In this document: positions 13,858-26,353 of the stretch, piece after piece | Layout of the letters: each line of letters begins with the position of its first letter | Numbering within the stretch: the stretch's first letter is position 1 | Source of the DNA: Psilocybe cubensis | Taxonomy: Eukaryota | DNA length: 64,000 nt | NCBI GenBank assembly: GCA_017499595.2 | Contig: CM038999.1 | Coordinates: 3,534,001-3,598,000, forward strand | Direction: 5' to 3' | The notes under the pieces: model-generated | What the model was told of the DNA's origin: nothing | The model's database searches: none | What the model saw: the letters and a program-made list of their open reading frames with translations, nothing else | Made by a program: the position numbers and the translations under genes

Positions 13858-14574
13858 TCATGCACCGTAGAATGGAACGTGCATAGGTTGCATAGGTTGC
13901 ATAGGTGCCATAGGCGCCATAGGTGACATAGGCGCGCCGTGGTTGTGGGCATGAGCGTGAGCGTGGTTGTTGTTATAAGTGTAAAGAGGCGCGTGCGCCT
14001 GCCCCGCGTTGGAGTGCGCGGAGTGGGGGGTGTCACAGTTGCAGCTCCAGCTCCAGTTTCTGTTCCTGCTCGAGCTCGAGTTCGAGTCACTGTGCGATCC
14101 ATTACCTGCGCCTGCGTCGCCGCTTCCGCCAGCGTCAGAGCCCCCGTCTTTGCGGTCCGGGGACTCGTCCCGGTGGTGGTGATCGTGATCGTGGTGGTGG
14201 TGGTGGTGTTGACCGTGGTGGTGGTGAGGTTGTGGATAATTGTGCTGATGGCCGTGGTGTTGACCATGTTGGCAATTGTGGTGACCGTGGTGGCCGTGGC
14301 CGTGGTGGTGCATATGCATATGCGGTTGGGGGTGTGGATAATTGTGGTGGTGCCCGTGCTGGTACATATGCATAGGCGGATACGGATGCGGGTACGAATG
14401 GGCGTGCGCGTGTGGTTCCATGTGTGCGGTGCTATTGGTAGGCGGCCCGGGCGATGGAGAGAGAGATGGCGATAGCGAGAGAGGTGGGGATGTGAAGCGG
14501 GAGATGGATGTGAAGGCGGAGGGGGTGGGCGAGGGGGGAGAGGAGTGTGTGTCTTCGGGGGGGACAATCATCAT
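13858..14574 (-). CDS. His-rich protein (~238 aa), paralog B, no transmembrane segment
   Basis: MMIVPPED start, Ser-Pro tract, His tract ending HHHRDESP and a following Trp-x-Trp motif all match paralog A. Confidence 0.62.
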   Translation of the reverse strand: MMIVPPEDTHSSPPSPTPSAFTSISRFTSPPLSLSPSLSPSPGPPTNSTAHMEPHAHAHSYPHPYPPMHMYQHGHHHNYPHPQPHMHMHHHGHGHHGHHNCQHGQHHGHQHNYPQPHHHHGQHHHHHHDHDHHHRDESPDRKDGGSDAGGSGDAGAGNGSHSDSNSSSSRNRNWSWSCNCDTPHSAHSNAGQAHAPLYTYNNNHAHAHAHNHGAPMSPMAPMAPMQPMQPMHVPFYGA

Positions 14575-14739
14575 GCTGGGTTTGTTTAATGAGGTGAGGT
14601 TAATAGTTAGCTGGTTGGTTGGTTGGTTGGTTGGTTTGTTGGGCGAGAACGATGGGTTGGCTCCGTCGTCGTCGACTCGATACTCTTTCTCCTGCAAATC
14701 TATACCTACTTATACATTCCCTGGTGATTATATTAGGCA

Positions 14740-16180
14740 TTTCCACCCCCACACTTATAGTTATAATTACTTCCTGTGAGAACAATACTCAATCTCATCA
14801 ATCAATCAGTCACCCAAAAATAAGTAATGCATGACTCACAGCAATTACTGGTAACAATTTCCCATCTTCCAATACAAAAGACTCAGAGGACGCATACCGA
14901 CGTACTACGCACGCAGTCTTCATTCACTTGAGGCTTTCAAGTTGTGGTGTAGAATCACAATTAAATAGGATCTTCAGAAATAACACATCAAAACCGCGGG
15001 GAAGGGGAAGAATAAAACAGAACCAAGCTCAAAGCGCACTGGCGCAGGCCGCATAAAAAGTTCAAGCCCCACATTCCCAGCATTCCCAATATGAGCATGA
15101 ACACGGTGCCACTGTGGGAAGACTTCTCACAGTGACAGAAAGAGCAATAAGATAACTGGCTTCTTGCTGTGAAGTAACGGAGTTGGATACCTGAATATCC
15201 CAACTGGTAACGGTCAATGGGCTCAAGTAAACCGTAGTGTACAGAATACTGCCTTGGGATTGCCTAGGCTCTTTCGAAGTTAGCTGGTGAGGACGATGTG
15301 GGTTCGTTGTTTTCGTCGATTTTAATGCTAGGCCTAATCCTCTTCCTCCTCCTCAAGCATCCCCACACTTATAATTATCCTGTGAGAACAAACGCTCAAA
15401 CCCATTTCCCACCTCCCATCTCCCATCAATCAATCAGTCACCCAAAAATAACTCACACCAATTACTGGTAACAATTTCCCATTTTCCAACACAAAAGAAC
15501 AGAACGCATGTCGAAGTACTGCGCACGCCGCTTTTCTGGGTAGAATCACAATTAATTAGGATCTTCAGAAATAACACATAAAACCGCGGGGAAGGGGAAG
15601 AAGCGCAGACCGCATAAAAAGTTCACGCTTCACATTCCCAGCACTCCCAATATGAACATGAAAACGGTGGGAAAGCTTCTCACAGTTACAGAAAGAGAGA
15701 AAAATTCTCAAGTTCTGCCAAAGCCGTGCGAACAAATTACAATAAGAATTAAAATCAAATACATTCAGAAATTCAGAAATTCTCGTACTATGACATCTAG
15801 CTGCGGCTCGGGCCAAGTTCAAAGCGCGCCGCATAAAAAGCTCACGCTTCACTTTCCCAGCATTCCCGATATGAGCATGAAGTTTGGCATGAACACGGTG
15901 CTACTGTGCGAAAGCTTCTCACAGTGCCAGAAAGAGAAAAAAATTCTCAAGTTCTGCCAAAGCCGTGCGAACAAATTACAATAAGAATTAAAATCAAATA
16001 CATTCAGAAATTCAGAAATTCTCGTACTATGACATCTAGCTGCGGCTCGGGTCAAATTCAAAGCGCGCCGCATAGAAAGCTCACACTTCACGCTTCACAT
16101 TCCCAGCATTCCAAATATGAACATGCGACGGTGGGAAGGCTTCTCACAGTGTCAGAAGGAGAAAAAAGTTCTCAAGTTCT
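14740..16180. repeat. Complex local duplication / tandem array in the divergent intergenic region between paralog B and KRI1
   Basis: 14745-15143 is repeated with divergence at 15357-15697. A ~90 bp core (CGCATA..TTCCCAGCA..TATGA(A/G)CATG..CTTCTCACAGT..CAGAA) starts at 15050, 15611, 15830 and 16069. 15701-15833 and 15940-16072 are nearly identical. Confidence 0.92.
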
Positions 16181-16267
16181 CAAGTTCAAGTTCTCATGAA
16201 GTTGTGAAGACACAGCCACTGATGTGCGGTCCCGGTCCGGCTAAGCGGCCTCGGCCCTCGTCCCTTA

Positions 16268-16294
16268 TCACGTGCCACTGTCAGTCTCACGTGC
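16268..16294. promoter_or_regulatory. Paired TCACGTGC E-boxes upstream of KRI1
   Basis: TCACGTGC at 16268 and 16287, about 270 bp before the KRI1 ATG. Confidence 0.4.
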
Positions 16295-16556
16295 ATCATT
16301 TTTTTCTGCTGGTGGGTGTGAGGAAGGTCTGAAAGTGGACGCGAGCGACGACGACGACGACGACGACGATTGCGAGGGTCGATATCCACATCTATCTCTA
16401 CACACCGCCAAAACTACACTGCTAACACACACACGCGCGCGCGCGAAGTGGTAGTGAAGTTACACCCGCAATCCGAGGGGTGCGAACTTGACTTGAAACG
16501 ACAAAAAAACCAAAAAAAATCAGAAGAAACGAAAGGAAGCCAAACGAAAAGAAAGG

Positions 16557-19500
16557 ATGACTACAATGAACCTCTTCTCCGACGACGAAAGCGGCAGCGA
16601 CAGCGGCGAGAGAAAGACGCAGCTGACTATCAACCAGCACTATGCCAAAGCGTTCGAGTATAGGAAGGAGCGCGAGGAGCTTGAGCGGTGTGCGTCTTTC
16701 TTTGCCTTCCTTTCCCTTTCTTCCCGTTCCTCCTTTCTTCTTCCTTTCTTCTTTCTTCGTTCCTCCCTCCCCCTTCCTCCGTTCTCCGTTCTTCGTTCTT
16801 CGTTCTCTACCTCTTCACCTCCACTAACACCCATCTTCTTTCAGTAAAAGCCAAATACGGCTCCGACTACGCCTCCTCCTCCTCCTCCTCTAACTCCTCC
16901 TCCTCATCGGACTCGGACTCAACAGACTCAGAAAGCGCCGAATCAGAAGACGAACACGGCGAAGAACTGACACCCGCCGTGGACGCTGCGATCCTGCGCA
17001 CGCTCGCGCGGATCAGGAAGCGCGATCCGGGGATATATGATTCGAGCCGGAGTATTTTTGGAGGTGCGTTTTTTTTTTGTTTGTGGTTTGGGGTGGTGGT
17101 TTTGTGGTTTTGTGGTCGTGTTTTCGTGTTTTGCGTGTACTTCGTGCGCTTTGGATTCTATCTCTATCGCTTTGTGAACTTTAACAATTAAATCTTTCAC
17201 TTCAGCTTTGCGTTACATTTGATTTTTTTTTTACTCATCTAATACTTACGATCTCACTTTTTCACTTTTTATAGAGGAACGCGAACGACTAGCGGCCAAA
17301 ACGCCCGCTCTGCTCAATGAGCAATCTAAATCCAAAAGCAAGGTACGCTCCCCTTTCCCTTCTCCTTCCCCTCCCCCTCCCCTCCCACCCCTCCCTCATT
17401 TCCCCCATCCCTCTCTAACTTACCCTAACACAACTCAACCTAACCTAACCTACTCTACCGCACAGCCCTCAAAACCACTAACAATCCGCCAAGTCAACCT
17501 CGCCTCACTCATCAACGCCTCCCGCTCCCCTTCTCCTTCTCCCTCCGCTGACCCCCGTCCCCACCACTCACACTCCACCTCCACAGACCAACCAGAACCA
17601 CAACCGCTCACACACGTACAAGAACAAGAAGCGCTACGGCGCGCTACGATCGCTGCATTCCACAGCGCCGTGCCCGGTCCACTTGATGGAGATGATGCTG
17701 AGGACGATGGGGATGGGGAGGATGACTTTTTGATACCCCGTGAAAAGACGCTGGATGAGAGGGAGAGGGAGGAGAGGGAGTATCGGGCGTTTTTGGAGCG
17801 GGAGGTGGGGGTTGATTTGAGGGAGCTTGTTGGTGTTGGTGTTGATCGCGCGCATGAGGATGAGGGTGGGGAGGAGGAGGGGGAGGAGGGTGCGGACGAG
17901 GGTGCGGACGAGGGGGAGAAGAAGAAGAAGAAGAAGGAGAAGAAGAGCAAAAAGTCTGCGTCGGAGGGTGGAGCTGAGTCATCGTCGAAACAGAAAAAGA
18001 AGGAAAAGAAAAAGGAAAAGGAAATGAAAAAGAAAAAGTCAAAGGAGGAGGAGGACCAGGAGTTTCTTATGAAGTGCGTTCTTTCTCTTTTCTTTTTCCT
18101 CTCCCTTATATATATATATGCATGTATGCTTTTACTTATCTTTATCTTTGCATGTCCAGTTACATCCTGAACCGCGGATGGATCGACCATTCAAAGGGAC
18201 ATGTGCCGACGTATAAAGAGGTGACGGAGGCTACGTCTGATAAACGCGACAAAAAATCGAAATCGAAAAAGAAGAAGAAGGAGAAGGAGAAGGAGAAGAA
18301 ATCTGAAGGGGATGGGGACGTCTCTTCCGAAAACGAAAACGAAAGCGAAAACGAAAACACCAACGAAAACGGCGCCGCCACCGACGCCGAAGAAGAAGAA
18401 AACGACCCCGGCCTCCTCTCCGACACCTCCTTCGACTCGCTCGCCTCCCTCTTCGAAGCGTCCTACAACCACCGCTTCGAAGAGCCCGGCGCATCCTCCA
18501 TCCCCACGTACCCACGCACACTGCCCACCCTCGCACGGCGGGAGGAGTCCAAGCGCAAAGAGGCGAGAGAGCGGAGGAAGGCAAGGAAGAAGGAGGAGGT
18601 GGAGAGGAGGAGGGAGGAGGTGAGGCGGTTGAAGGCGTTGAAGATGAGGGAGGTGAGGAGGAAGTTGGAGGTTGTTGGGCGGATGGGGGGGTTGAAGGTT
18701 AAGGCGAAGAAGGAGGGAGAAGGAGAGGGAGAGGAGGGAGAGGGAGATTTTGTGGATGAGGCGCTGCGCGAGCTTGATTTGGAGGGAGAGTGGGATCCGG
18801 AGAAGCATGATAGGCAGATGGCGGGCTTGTTTGATCGTGCGGATGATGCGTTTGTCGATGACGGCGCAGGCGGTGATGGGGATGGGGAGGGGGATGGGGA
18901 TGAGGATGTGAGATACGACGCGGATGGTAAGCCTATTTGGGACGACGATATTGATATTGGGGATATACACGTCTCGGACGACGATGCTGTCTATGCGCCC
19001 CCGCCCAAGCTAAGTAAGAAGGAGCAGAAGGAGGAGAAAAAGAAGAAGAAGAAAAAGAAAAAGAATGGTGCGGAGGATGAGGAGGGGGGAGTGGACGTGG
19101 ATATGATGGACGCGGATGTGCAGCGCGCGTATGATCCTGATGAGGAGTGGGATGGGACGGAGGAGATGAGGAAGCGCAAGCTTGATGAGTATATGGAGGA
19201 GATTTATGCGTTGGATTTTAATGATTTGGTATGTGTCTCTTTTACCTCTCTTTTCTTGGTGTAATGTAGTACCACCACCACTCTGCCTTTAATTTCCTCT
19301 CTCTCTCTTTTTTTTTTTCTTTCTTCCTTTCCTTCCTTTATTTACTTCATGTCGCATCACATCATACTCACCACCCACCTCTACCTCCATCCAGGCCGGC
19401 GGCCTACCCACCCGCTTCAAATACGTACCGGTGCCTAAACAATCCTACGCACTGACACCCGCCGAAATCCTCATGGCGACCGACCAAGAGCTGAACGAGT

Positions 19501-20162
19501 ACATGAGCGTCAAGAAATACGCGCCGTACCGGCTGGATAGGGGGAAGGACGCGGAGAGGGCGAGGTATAGTCGGAGGGCGCAGGAGAAGTTGAGGGAGTT
19601 GAAGGTGAGGGTTGGGGAGAGGGCTGGTGCGGGGGTGGGGGTTGGTGGGTGGGGTGCGATGGGTGGGAATGGGTGGGGTGGAGGGGATGCAGGGTGGGAG
19701 GGGAAGAGGGGTGCGGGTGCTGGTGGAGGGGAGGGTGAGAAGGTGAAGAAGAGGAAGGGGAAGAAGGAGAGGATGAAGGCTAAGGCTGCTGCTGGTGCCG
19801 GTGCTGGTGGGGATGAGGGCAATGACGAGGGTGGTGAAGCCAACGTTGAGCAGGAACAGCAACAACAGCATGGAGAGTTAGAGACGAAGAGCAAAAGCAA
19901 GAAGGACAAGGATAAGACACAGAAGGACAAGTCAAAGTCCACTTCGACACCCGCTCCCACTACAAGCACAAGCACAAGCACAAGCACAGGACACAAACGT
20001 AAGCGCGAAACCGACAACAACAACGACGACGACGACGACGCGCCTGTGCCCGGCTCCGTCGACGCAGCAGCGGCACCGGTGGGAGGAGGGAAGAAGAAGC
20101 GGAAGAGGCGGCATAAGAAGGCGGAGGTGGAGGGCGCGGTGCAGGTGGAAGTGGACGCGTGA
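16557..20162 (+). CDS. KRI1: KRI1-family 40S ribosome biogenesis protein (multi-exon)
   Basis: LTINQHYAKAFEYRKEREEL, FEASYNHRFEEPG, and the Kri1 C-terminal motif PTRFKYVPV...LTPAEILMATDQELNEYMSVKKYAPYR. The protein is Lys/Glu/Asp-rich. Confidence 0.95.
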
Positions 20163-23100
20163 TATTCTGTTTGTTTTTTTTTTGTTACACAAGTCACTAT
20201 TCACTTTGTACTTGTTTTATTTCGTTTTATGGATAGGAGGATAATGCTGTTCAATTGAATCTTGATACGTGAATGCGAAATGCGATGCGGACCCAGTGGG
20301 CCGCCGTGTGGCTTGTCTTTGTCCGCTCAGTTGTCTTTACGGACTGTACTTATGTTGCTTTTGGATATCGTACTGCACATTGAACGAAAAAGAAAAAATA
20401 TTGAACAATGAAAATTGCCACTGGCAATGAACTCCTGCACTTTTCAGTGTGGAGTTGCCGTCGAGGCGACGACTCATCAGTCCGTGGCGTGGGTATATAC
20501 TATAGATGGACAAGGTTACAGCTTACACTGACAGCGCGCATATATTCGCTGAGAGGTTCAAGGATAAGGGTATGTAGTCCAAATTCCTAAAGTCGATTCG
20601 GACCATATCTGACATGTGAAGTCTGAAGTGTGAAGGGATGTGAAGAGATGCAATGATATGTATTATCGACCCCATTCCAGTCCCAGGTACACAATGCCAT
20701 GCCATGCCATGCCATGCAGTGTACGCGTGTACGCCGAGAGTGTATGTAGAGTGTAGACACCGCTAGCGAGGCTGATTTAAGAGGGTTTGAATTCAAGTAT
20801 ATTGTTCTTTTTTCTTGATTCTCGACACTTGTATTTGAAAAAATTATAATACACGCTGCATCGATATCTGTGTAACACCTCAATGATCCCACAAGTTTGT
20901 CAGAGTGAAAGTGAACAAAGCAAAGAAAAGAAAAGCAAAGCAAGCGCATATGCATATGCAGTCGCGGTGCGGTGCGGAGTGGTGCGGTGCTGAGTGATGC
21001 GTGTCCACACGCAGGACTCGGACTCCGACTTGGACTCCGGGGGCGCTGTAGGTGACTCCTTTGTTCTTTGTTCCAAGTTATTCTTTGAATTGTTGGATTG
21101 CATTTGTTGTCACTCGCTTGTACTACTATGCGCATCGAGTGTGATTTCGCTTGCGATAATTTTGATGTTACTTACAAAATACAATCGTGATGATGGATCG
21201 TCGATCTATCATCTATAATACTAATAGCATCCATAATAACAACAACAATAATAATAACAGTACGAGTAAGAGTAAGAGTAAGAGTAAGAGTACCTCGAAA
21301 AGTGATAAAGAGAAATCAACGGAATACGTGGGATATAATCTGTGTTGGGTGGGTGTTCCCCGGGTAAGCTGGGGCCAGGGAAAGCGGATGCTGGACCGTG
21401 ACGCGCCTCGAGGCTGCCTGCTGTACGCTGGTGTTCCTATGTTCCTTGCACGGCGATGGAGACCCTGAGAATCGACTCGATAATGATACATATGCTTTTA
21501 ATGTGCCTGCCTGCCTGCCTGTGATTTAGATTAGAAATTAGAAATTAAAACGTTTAATGATTAATGGTTAATGGTCAATGTTTAATGGGTAATGTTGCTA
21601 GGATTATGTTACGGTGTTATATTATAGCAACTGTAACGCACGACCTCAAGCTAGAACCTAGAACCTAGCGGGTTTTGACTTTAACTTTAGGTAGGTTTCA
21701 TTCGCGTCGAGTCTCGATAGTGGTAACGATGCCACGATCGACGGGGAGTAGAGTCGAGTCGAGGCGGAGAAGAAGTAAAGTCAATTTGCTTTGCTCACGG
21801 TCGTATCAGTATGTACTTGGTCAACATATTGAATATTCTCGGTGATTGTTTTCTTCATATTCATAATGAGGCTAATATGTCATTTTCCAGACACGTTCTC
21901 ACCCTCTGGCCGGGTGCCCAATAGATGCACATAGCGTCGGTTCTCATTCATTCGTCTACTCGGTGATAGAAACTGTGTTTGAGTAAACACCATCCCCTAC
22001 GTGACCGCACTACCTTGAGCGGAAGATAGCATTTTTAATCGTTTTAAAAAAGCACACTGGCGAAAATGCGCCGATCTAGGGTTTTTGAATCGCGTACACT
22101 GGACCCTGACATTTTTACTGTTACTGTTAGAAATAGTGCTATGAATCTACCCGCGAAGAAGTTGCATGATGCTTCTGTAGTATGACTCGATACCACTATG
22201 TAGATAGTCGTCGAGAGTCGATCGTCGATCGAAATTTCAGAATTTCAAGCGTTTCTTCGTTACTACTAGTACTAGTATGTTATCGCGGAGAATATTATTA
22301 TTAATAACACTGGCTTCTAGTTCAAAATTGTACCTATGGGGATGGGAATGAACGTCTCCTACATAGATTAGTAGTATGTACTACTAATCTAAACTGGTAC
22401 TTATGATGCTCCACAACTTATTTTTAGACTCGTAAAATTAAAAGAGACATGTGGGCAGTACCATGCAAAGGTCATGTCATCATTGTCCAACGTCAATTGA
22501 TGATTGCAAGCACTTCGACCTTCGTGGAAGTTTGAACGTCGTTCCAGATTCGCGTCTAGCTAATCTCACTGGGAACCCATCCCTTTGAACAGCTATTAAA
22601 TCAAGTCCTCCCTGATCTTCGGTGAATCAAGGTACACGCAAGCTGCTACTGCTGCTAGTACTACTGCTCCTCCCAAATCCAATATAATTGTGCCAGCGAG
22701 TATGAGTATGGGGAGTTGGGAGTTGCAGAGGCACGTAAGAGCGAATCACTGATTCCAGTACACTTCGCATTATAATCCCCCTCGCCTCGCAGTGGAGTGC
22801 GCATGGCAAGTGACTCGACGCGTCTAAATCCGATATATATTATTTTACATCCATTTCGGGCCGTTTCAGAACTATGTATATTCAGCAGATAAGGAGCGTG
22901 GACTGGCCAATGGCCAACGGGCACGGGCCAACGTACAAGATGACATGAGGCAGGGAACCCCAGAACCCCAGTTTCGTACTACCATATTTCAAGCTTAAAT
23001 TTCAGGGCAGTGGGCTGTGGACACTGGGACTGGACAATGAACACTGGACAGTGGGGCGGAATTTTGAAAGAAGTTCGTAGACCAGAATCGATGGTTAATG

Positions 23101-24104
23101 TTAGTATTACATCACATCACATTACATTACATTATAACATGAGGGGCCCCGGGGGAGCACTGGGCTCTTGGCGGCGACATTTGCCTTTCTGAAACTCAGC
23201 GACGAGTCATGAAAATGTTAAGCGTAATTTATGCATCCCCTCCCCCCCGGGTACGTAGCCTTATCAGGCAGATCCTCGGGACAGGGACACGTCCGCGACC
23301 CCGTAAATCGCGAGTTGTGCCGCCTCGCCTTGAAACCGCAGCTCGACTATCTGGTCTTTCTTGGGAGGGATCTCAATGTCCATTGTCATTTTATCTTTCA
23401 GGGTTGGATCCTAAAAAACGTTAAAATGGCAACCCAGATTGTAAGTGGTAGCTAAGTCCTTGCCTGAGAAGGGCGTCCCCCCTCCCCCTTCACGTGAGGG
23501 TGTAACACTATAATTAGAGTTAGCCGAAGGGTTTATGATGTCCGGGCGCGCTGGCGGCTGCAACCAAGTTGAATTGTAGATTAATCTAATTCTAAATCGG
23601 CGATGTCAAAACCTTTCGGGACAATTAAACGTAGGGGCTGGCAAACAAAAAGGAACGGGTCATCTTACCAAAGCTTTTTAGCTCCTTCCATAAAATGGAC
23701 TAAGGATTTGAACGGCGTTAAATCCCTCTCCCCTCTCCCCCTCCCTGGTCTATACCGTGCCCTGTTGTGCATTGAAGGCGTCCTCTTAGACACCTTGCAA
23801 CCTCATCAATCCACGATTCTGTCTTGAACGATTGACGAACGCACCCCATGCTGAACATTTCGCGCGCCCCCATCTCCGAAAAATGGCTGTCCTCTACAGT
23901 CACAGGAACCCACAATCACCAAGCTCTCGATTCCAAGGCTGTACTGAATGTAAAAGTCGTTGTATTTCTTCACTTCTTTGTCAACACAAAAGCTTATATA
24001 TCCTGCGTTTTTTATTCAATCGTGCTATATAGATCAGGCATAGCCGTTTCAGTATCTCCACCATTAATACCGACCTTTTCCCCGAACTCATATCGTGGTC
24101 AGCC

Positions 24105-24954
24105 ATGATGAAGACACAATCGCTCTCGCCCTCAACACAAAGTTTCCCCAGCGACGTTACACGACCAAGCCACGAAGATTCCGATACCATAATGGAGATG
24201 AACCTGTCACTCTCCGCTATCTTTGACCCAACTACACTTGAAGTCGGCTTTGATACGTCGTGTTTTGACGGGCTTGATGACACCCTTATTTACTCTCCGA
24301 TGAGCGCTTTTGCCGATGTCTGCTGGGAGGACGGGTTGGTTGCGGAGCCTCCGGTTTTGCCTACTACTGAGAAGCGCAGTGCGCCAGCGCCAGCGCCTAC
24401 GCCTACGCCTATCCCTGCCCCGACTCAAAGCTTCGGCGATAGGAAGAGCCCATATTTCCCTCTGGCGATGGTTACCAGCGGTTCTTCCGACGATTCGGAT
24501 ACAGATTCGGACGAGTGCAGGACGTTCAACGAAGAAGACGTGATCAAGGCTATTCCTGTCAACGGCGTCTGGTCAGGCATACAGCGAGTGGGAGAGTTCT
24601 CGTCATATGTGAGTAAATTCTGCCCGTTATCTCTCTTCTTCTTCTCTCCTCGTGCCCTTCGGCGAGGGGCATGTTCTCCCGCAATAATTTAATCTTAACT
24701 GAACACTTTGACTTTGACAGGAAACCTACACTCCTAGACGGTTGAACTTTGAGGACGATTCGACCTCGTTTATGATCGTTGAGCCACAAAAGCCACGAAT
24801 GCCCGTGTCAGTGCCCAACGCGTCCGATTCCGCCATTGGCTCGTTCCCCGTACGCACTACCCAGCATAAAAAGAGCGTATCTAGCCGGATTACCGCCTTT
24901 CGCGCTCACCTGATGCCTGGAAGACTGACATTCGTGAGACCGCCCGCCCAATGA
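24105..24954 (+). CDS. Hypothetical Ser/Pro/Asp-rich protein, 2 exons (~245 aa)
   Basis: Intron 24609-24720 (GTGAGT...GACAG) joins the 24105 and 24742 ORFs in frame. Confidence 0.6.
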
Positions 24955-26353
24955 AAAACGTTTTCTGTTCGTGTTGGTATGTCAACCTCACTTGATAGTT
25001 TGGTCATCTTAATCTCCTTGACTTATCTTACCGCACCACCAGACCACCTAATGCCACCGATTCCGTCAGTCATTCCGTCACCTCCTGCCTCTGTATACTA
25101 CGCACCGTATACCCCTTCGCCATTGTCACCCACGGTCCCCTTTGATATTAAAAGCATCTTAGTATATTCTTGGTTATTCATTGCTGGCATTTATATCACT
25201 TATCTCATTCGTTCCTTCATTCATTTGTTGTATCCATGGACTTCCCTGCACGAGCTGAACCACACACCACCACGAGTCCTTGCCCTTTTTCTTCTTCTAT
25301 GTACCAAATGTAGTTCATAGATACAGTAGCTTAGCATCCCATTACGCCCTCATTCCCTCATTCATTCGTTGTACACATAGCACCCCACCCCCTTCCCTTT
25401 CTCGTCTTCCTGTAGCGCTTCTGTCTGTCTGTTTTCTGTCTGTCATTCTGATGGATTCAATCCAATCGACAGCTTCTTTTTTGAGTTGCCAAGCTCTGTC
25501 CCACGTCTGTTCATCTTGCAAAGCTTCTAGTAGCTATATGTAGACTGCAACTTGTCAGAAGGCGGTCGGGAAGTGATTCAGTGTCCATACTAAGTAATGA
25601 TAGCAAGCGGTCGTATTCAGAGGTAGGTATTCGTATTCTGTGCTGTTCTCCCGCACGATGGAGACTACCGTTACGAGCTTGCGGTGCTAATAAGAGTAGT
25701 ATCCAGTGTCCCTGGAGTGAGGATACCATGGGCATCGTGCATTATGACCCTAGAGCCTGGGTATACCGCGACGGAACCCATTCCTGTAAAGGCGGCCCAG
25801 CCCTACCATTAGTCTACCAGTGAAACGAACCAGCCGCCTCCGTTGGTCATTTGATTGCTCCGATATACATTTTAACTGACTTATGCTGTTTGACATCTGG
25901 AGAAAAGCTTACTTGGGATATCAGTGGCGCATTGTAGGGTGTTCTGGCGGATGCCGAATTTTTATAGAATTTTTTGTTTTTGTGAAGATTGATAGAATTA
26001 AAAATGATGTGCTCGAAGATACATACGATAGGGACCTTGGCGGTGCCAAAGCGGGCAGCTGATGGTTCTAGCCCTGGTGTGTGTACTACCTGGGCGGATA
26101 TTTTGACACAACGAAGTCTCCGGAGGCTTTGAGAGGCACAGAATGCAACTTATAGGCGTTAATTATAACACGACCAATGCCACAATATGAACTAGAGTAT
26201 GAAGAACACGTTAAAAGAACCACAGAACGAAGATGAAACGCATAATTACGAGCAAACGTCAAAAAATTTGGGATGGAGTACACTTTAGAACATTGTGATG
26301 CCGTGGACCGAGCAAGACAATTCATTTATCTCACGCAACACCCTTGCCCTTGC

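Noticed and set aside
15670..16145. Heat-shock elements in the repeat (GAA..TTC)
   Set aside because: Spacing is 1 or 3 nt rather than the canonical GAAnnTTC.
15050..16180. CRISPR-like array
   Set aside because: The genome is eukaryotic, the units are long and the inter-core sequences are themselves repeated. It is a tandem duplication, with no cas genes.
15565..16199. Repeated 80-110 aa ORFs in the tandem array
   Set aside because: They are by-products of the DNA repeat. Frames are not preserved between units.
17450..20197. Antisense ORFs of ~250 aa over KRI1
   Set aside because: These are shadows of low-complexity Lys/Glu codons with no recognisable domain.
21729..21923. Small spliced ORF around an intron-like segment at 21809-21890
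   Set aside because: It gives only a 37 aa featureless peptide, with no other support.
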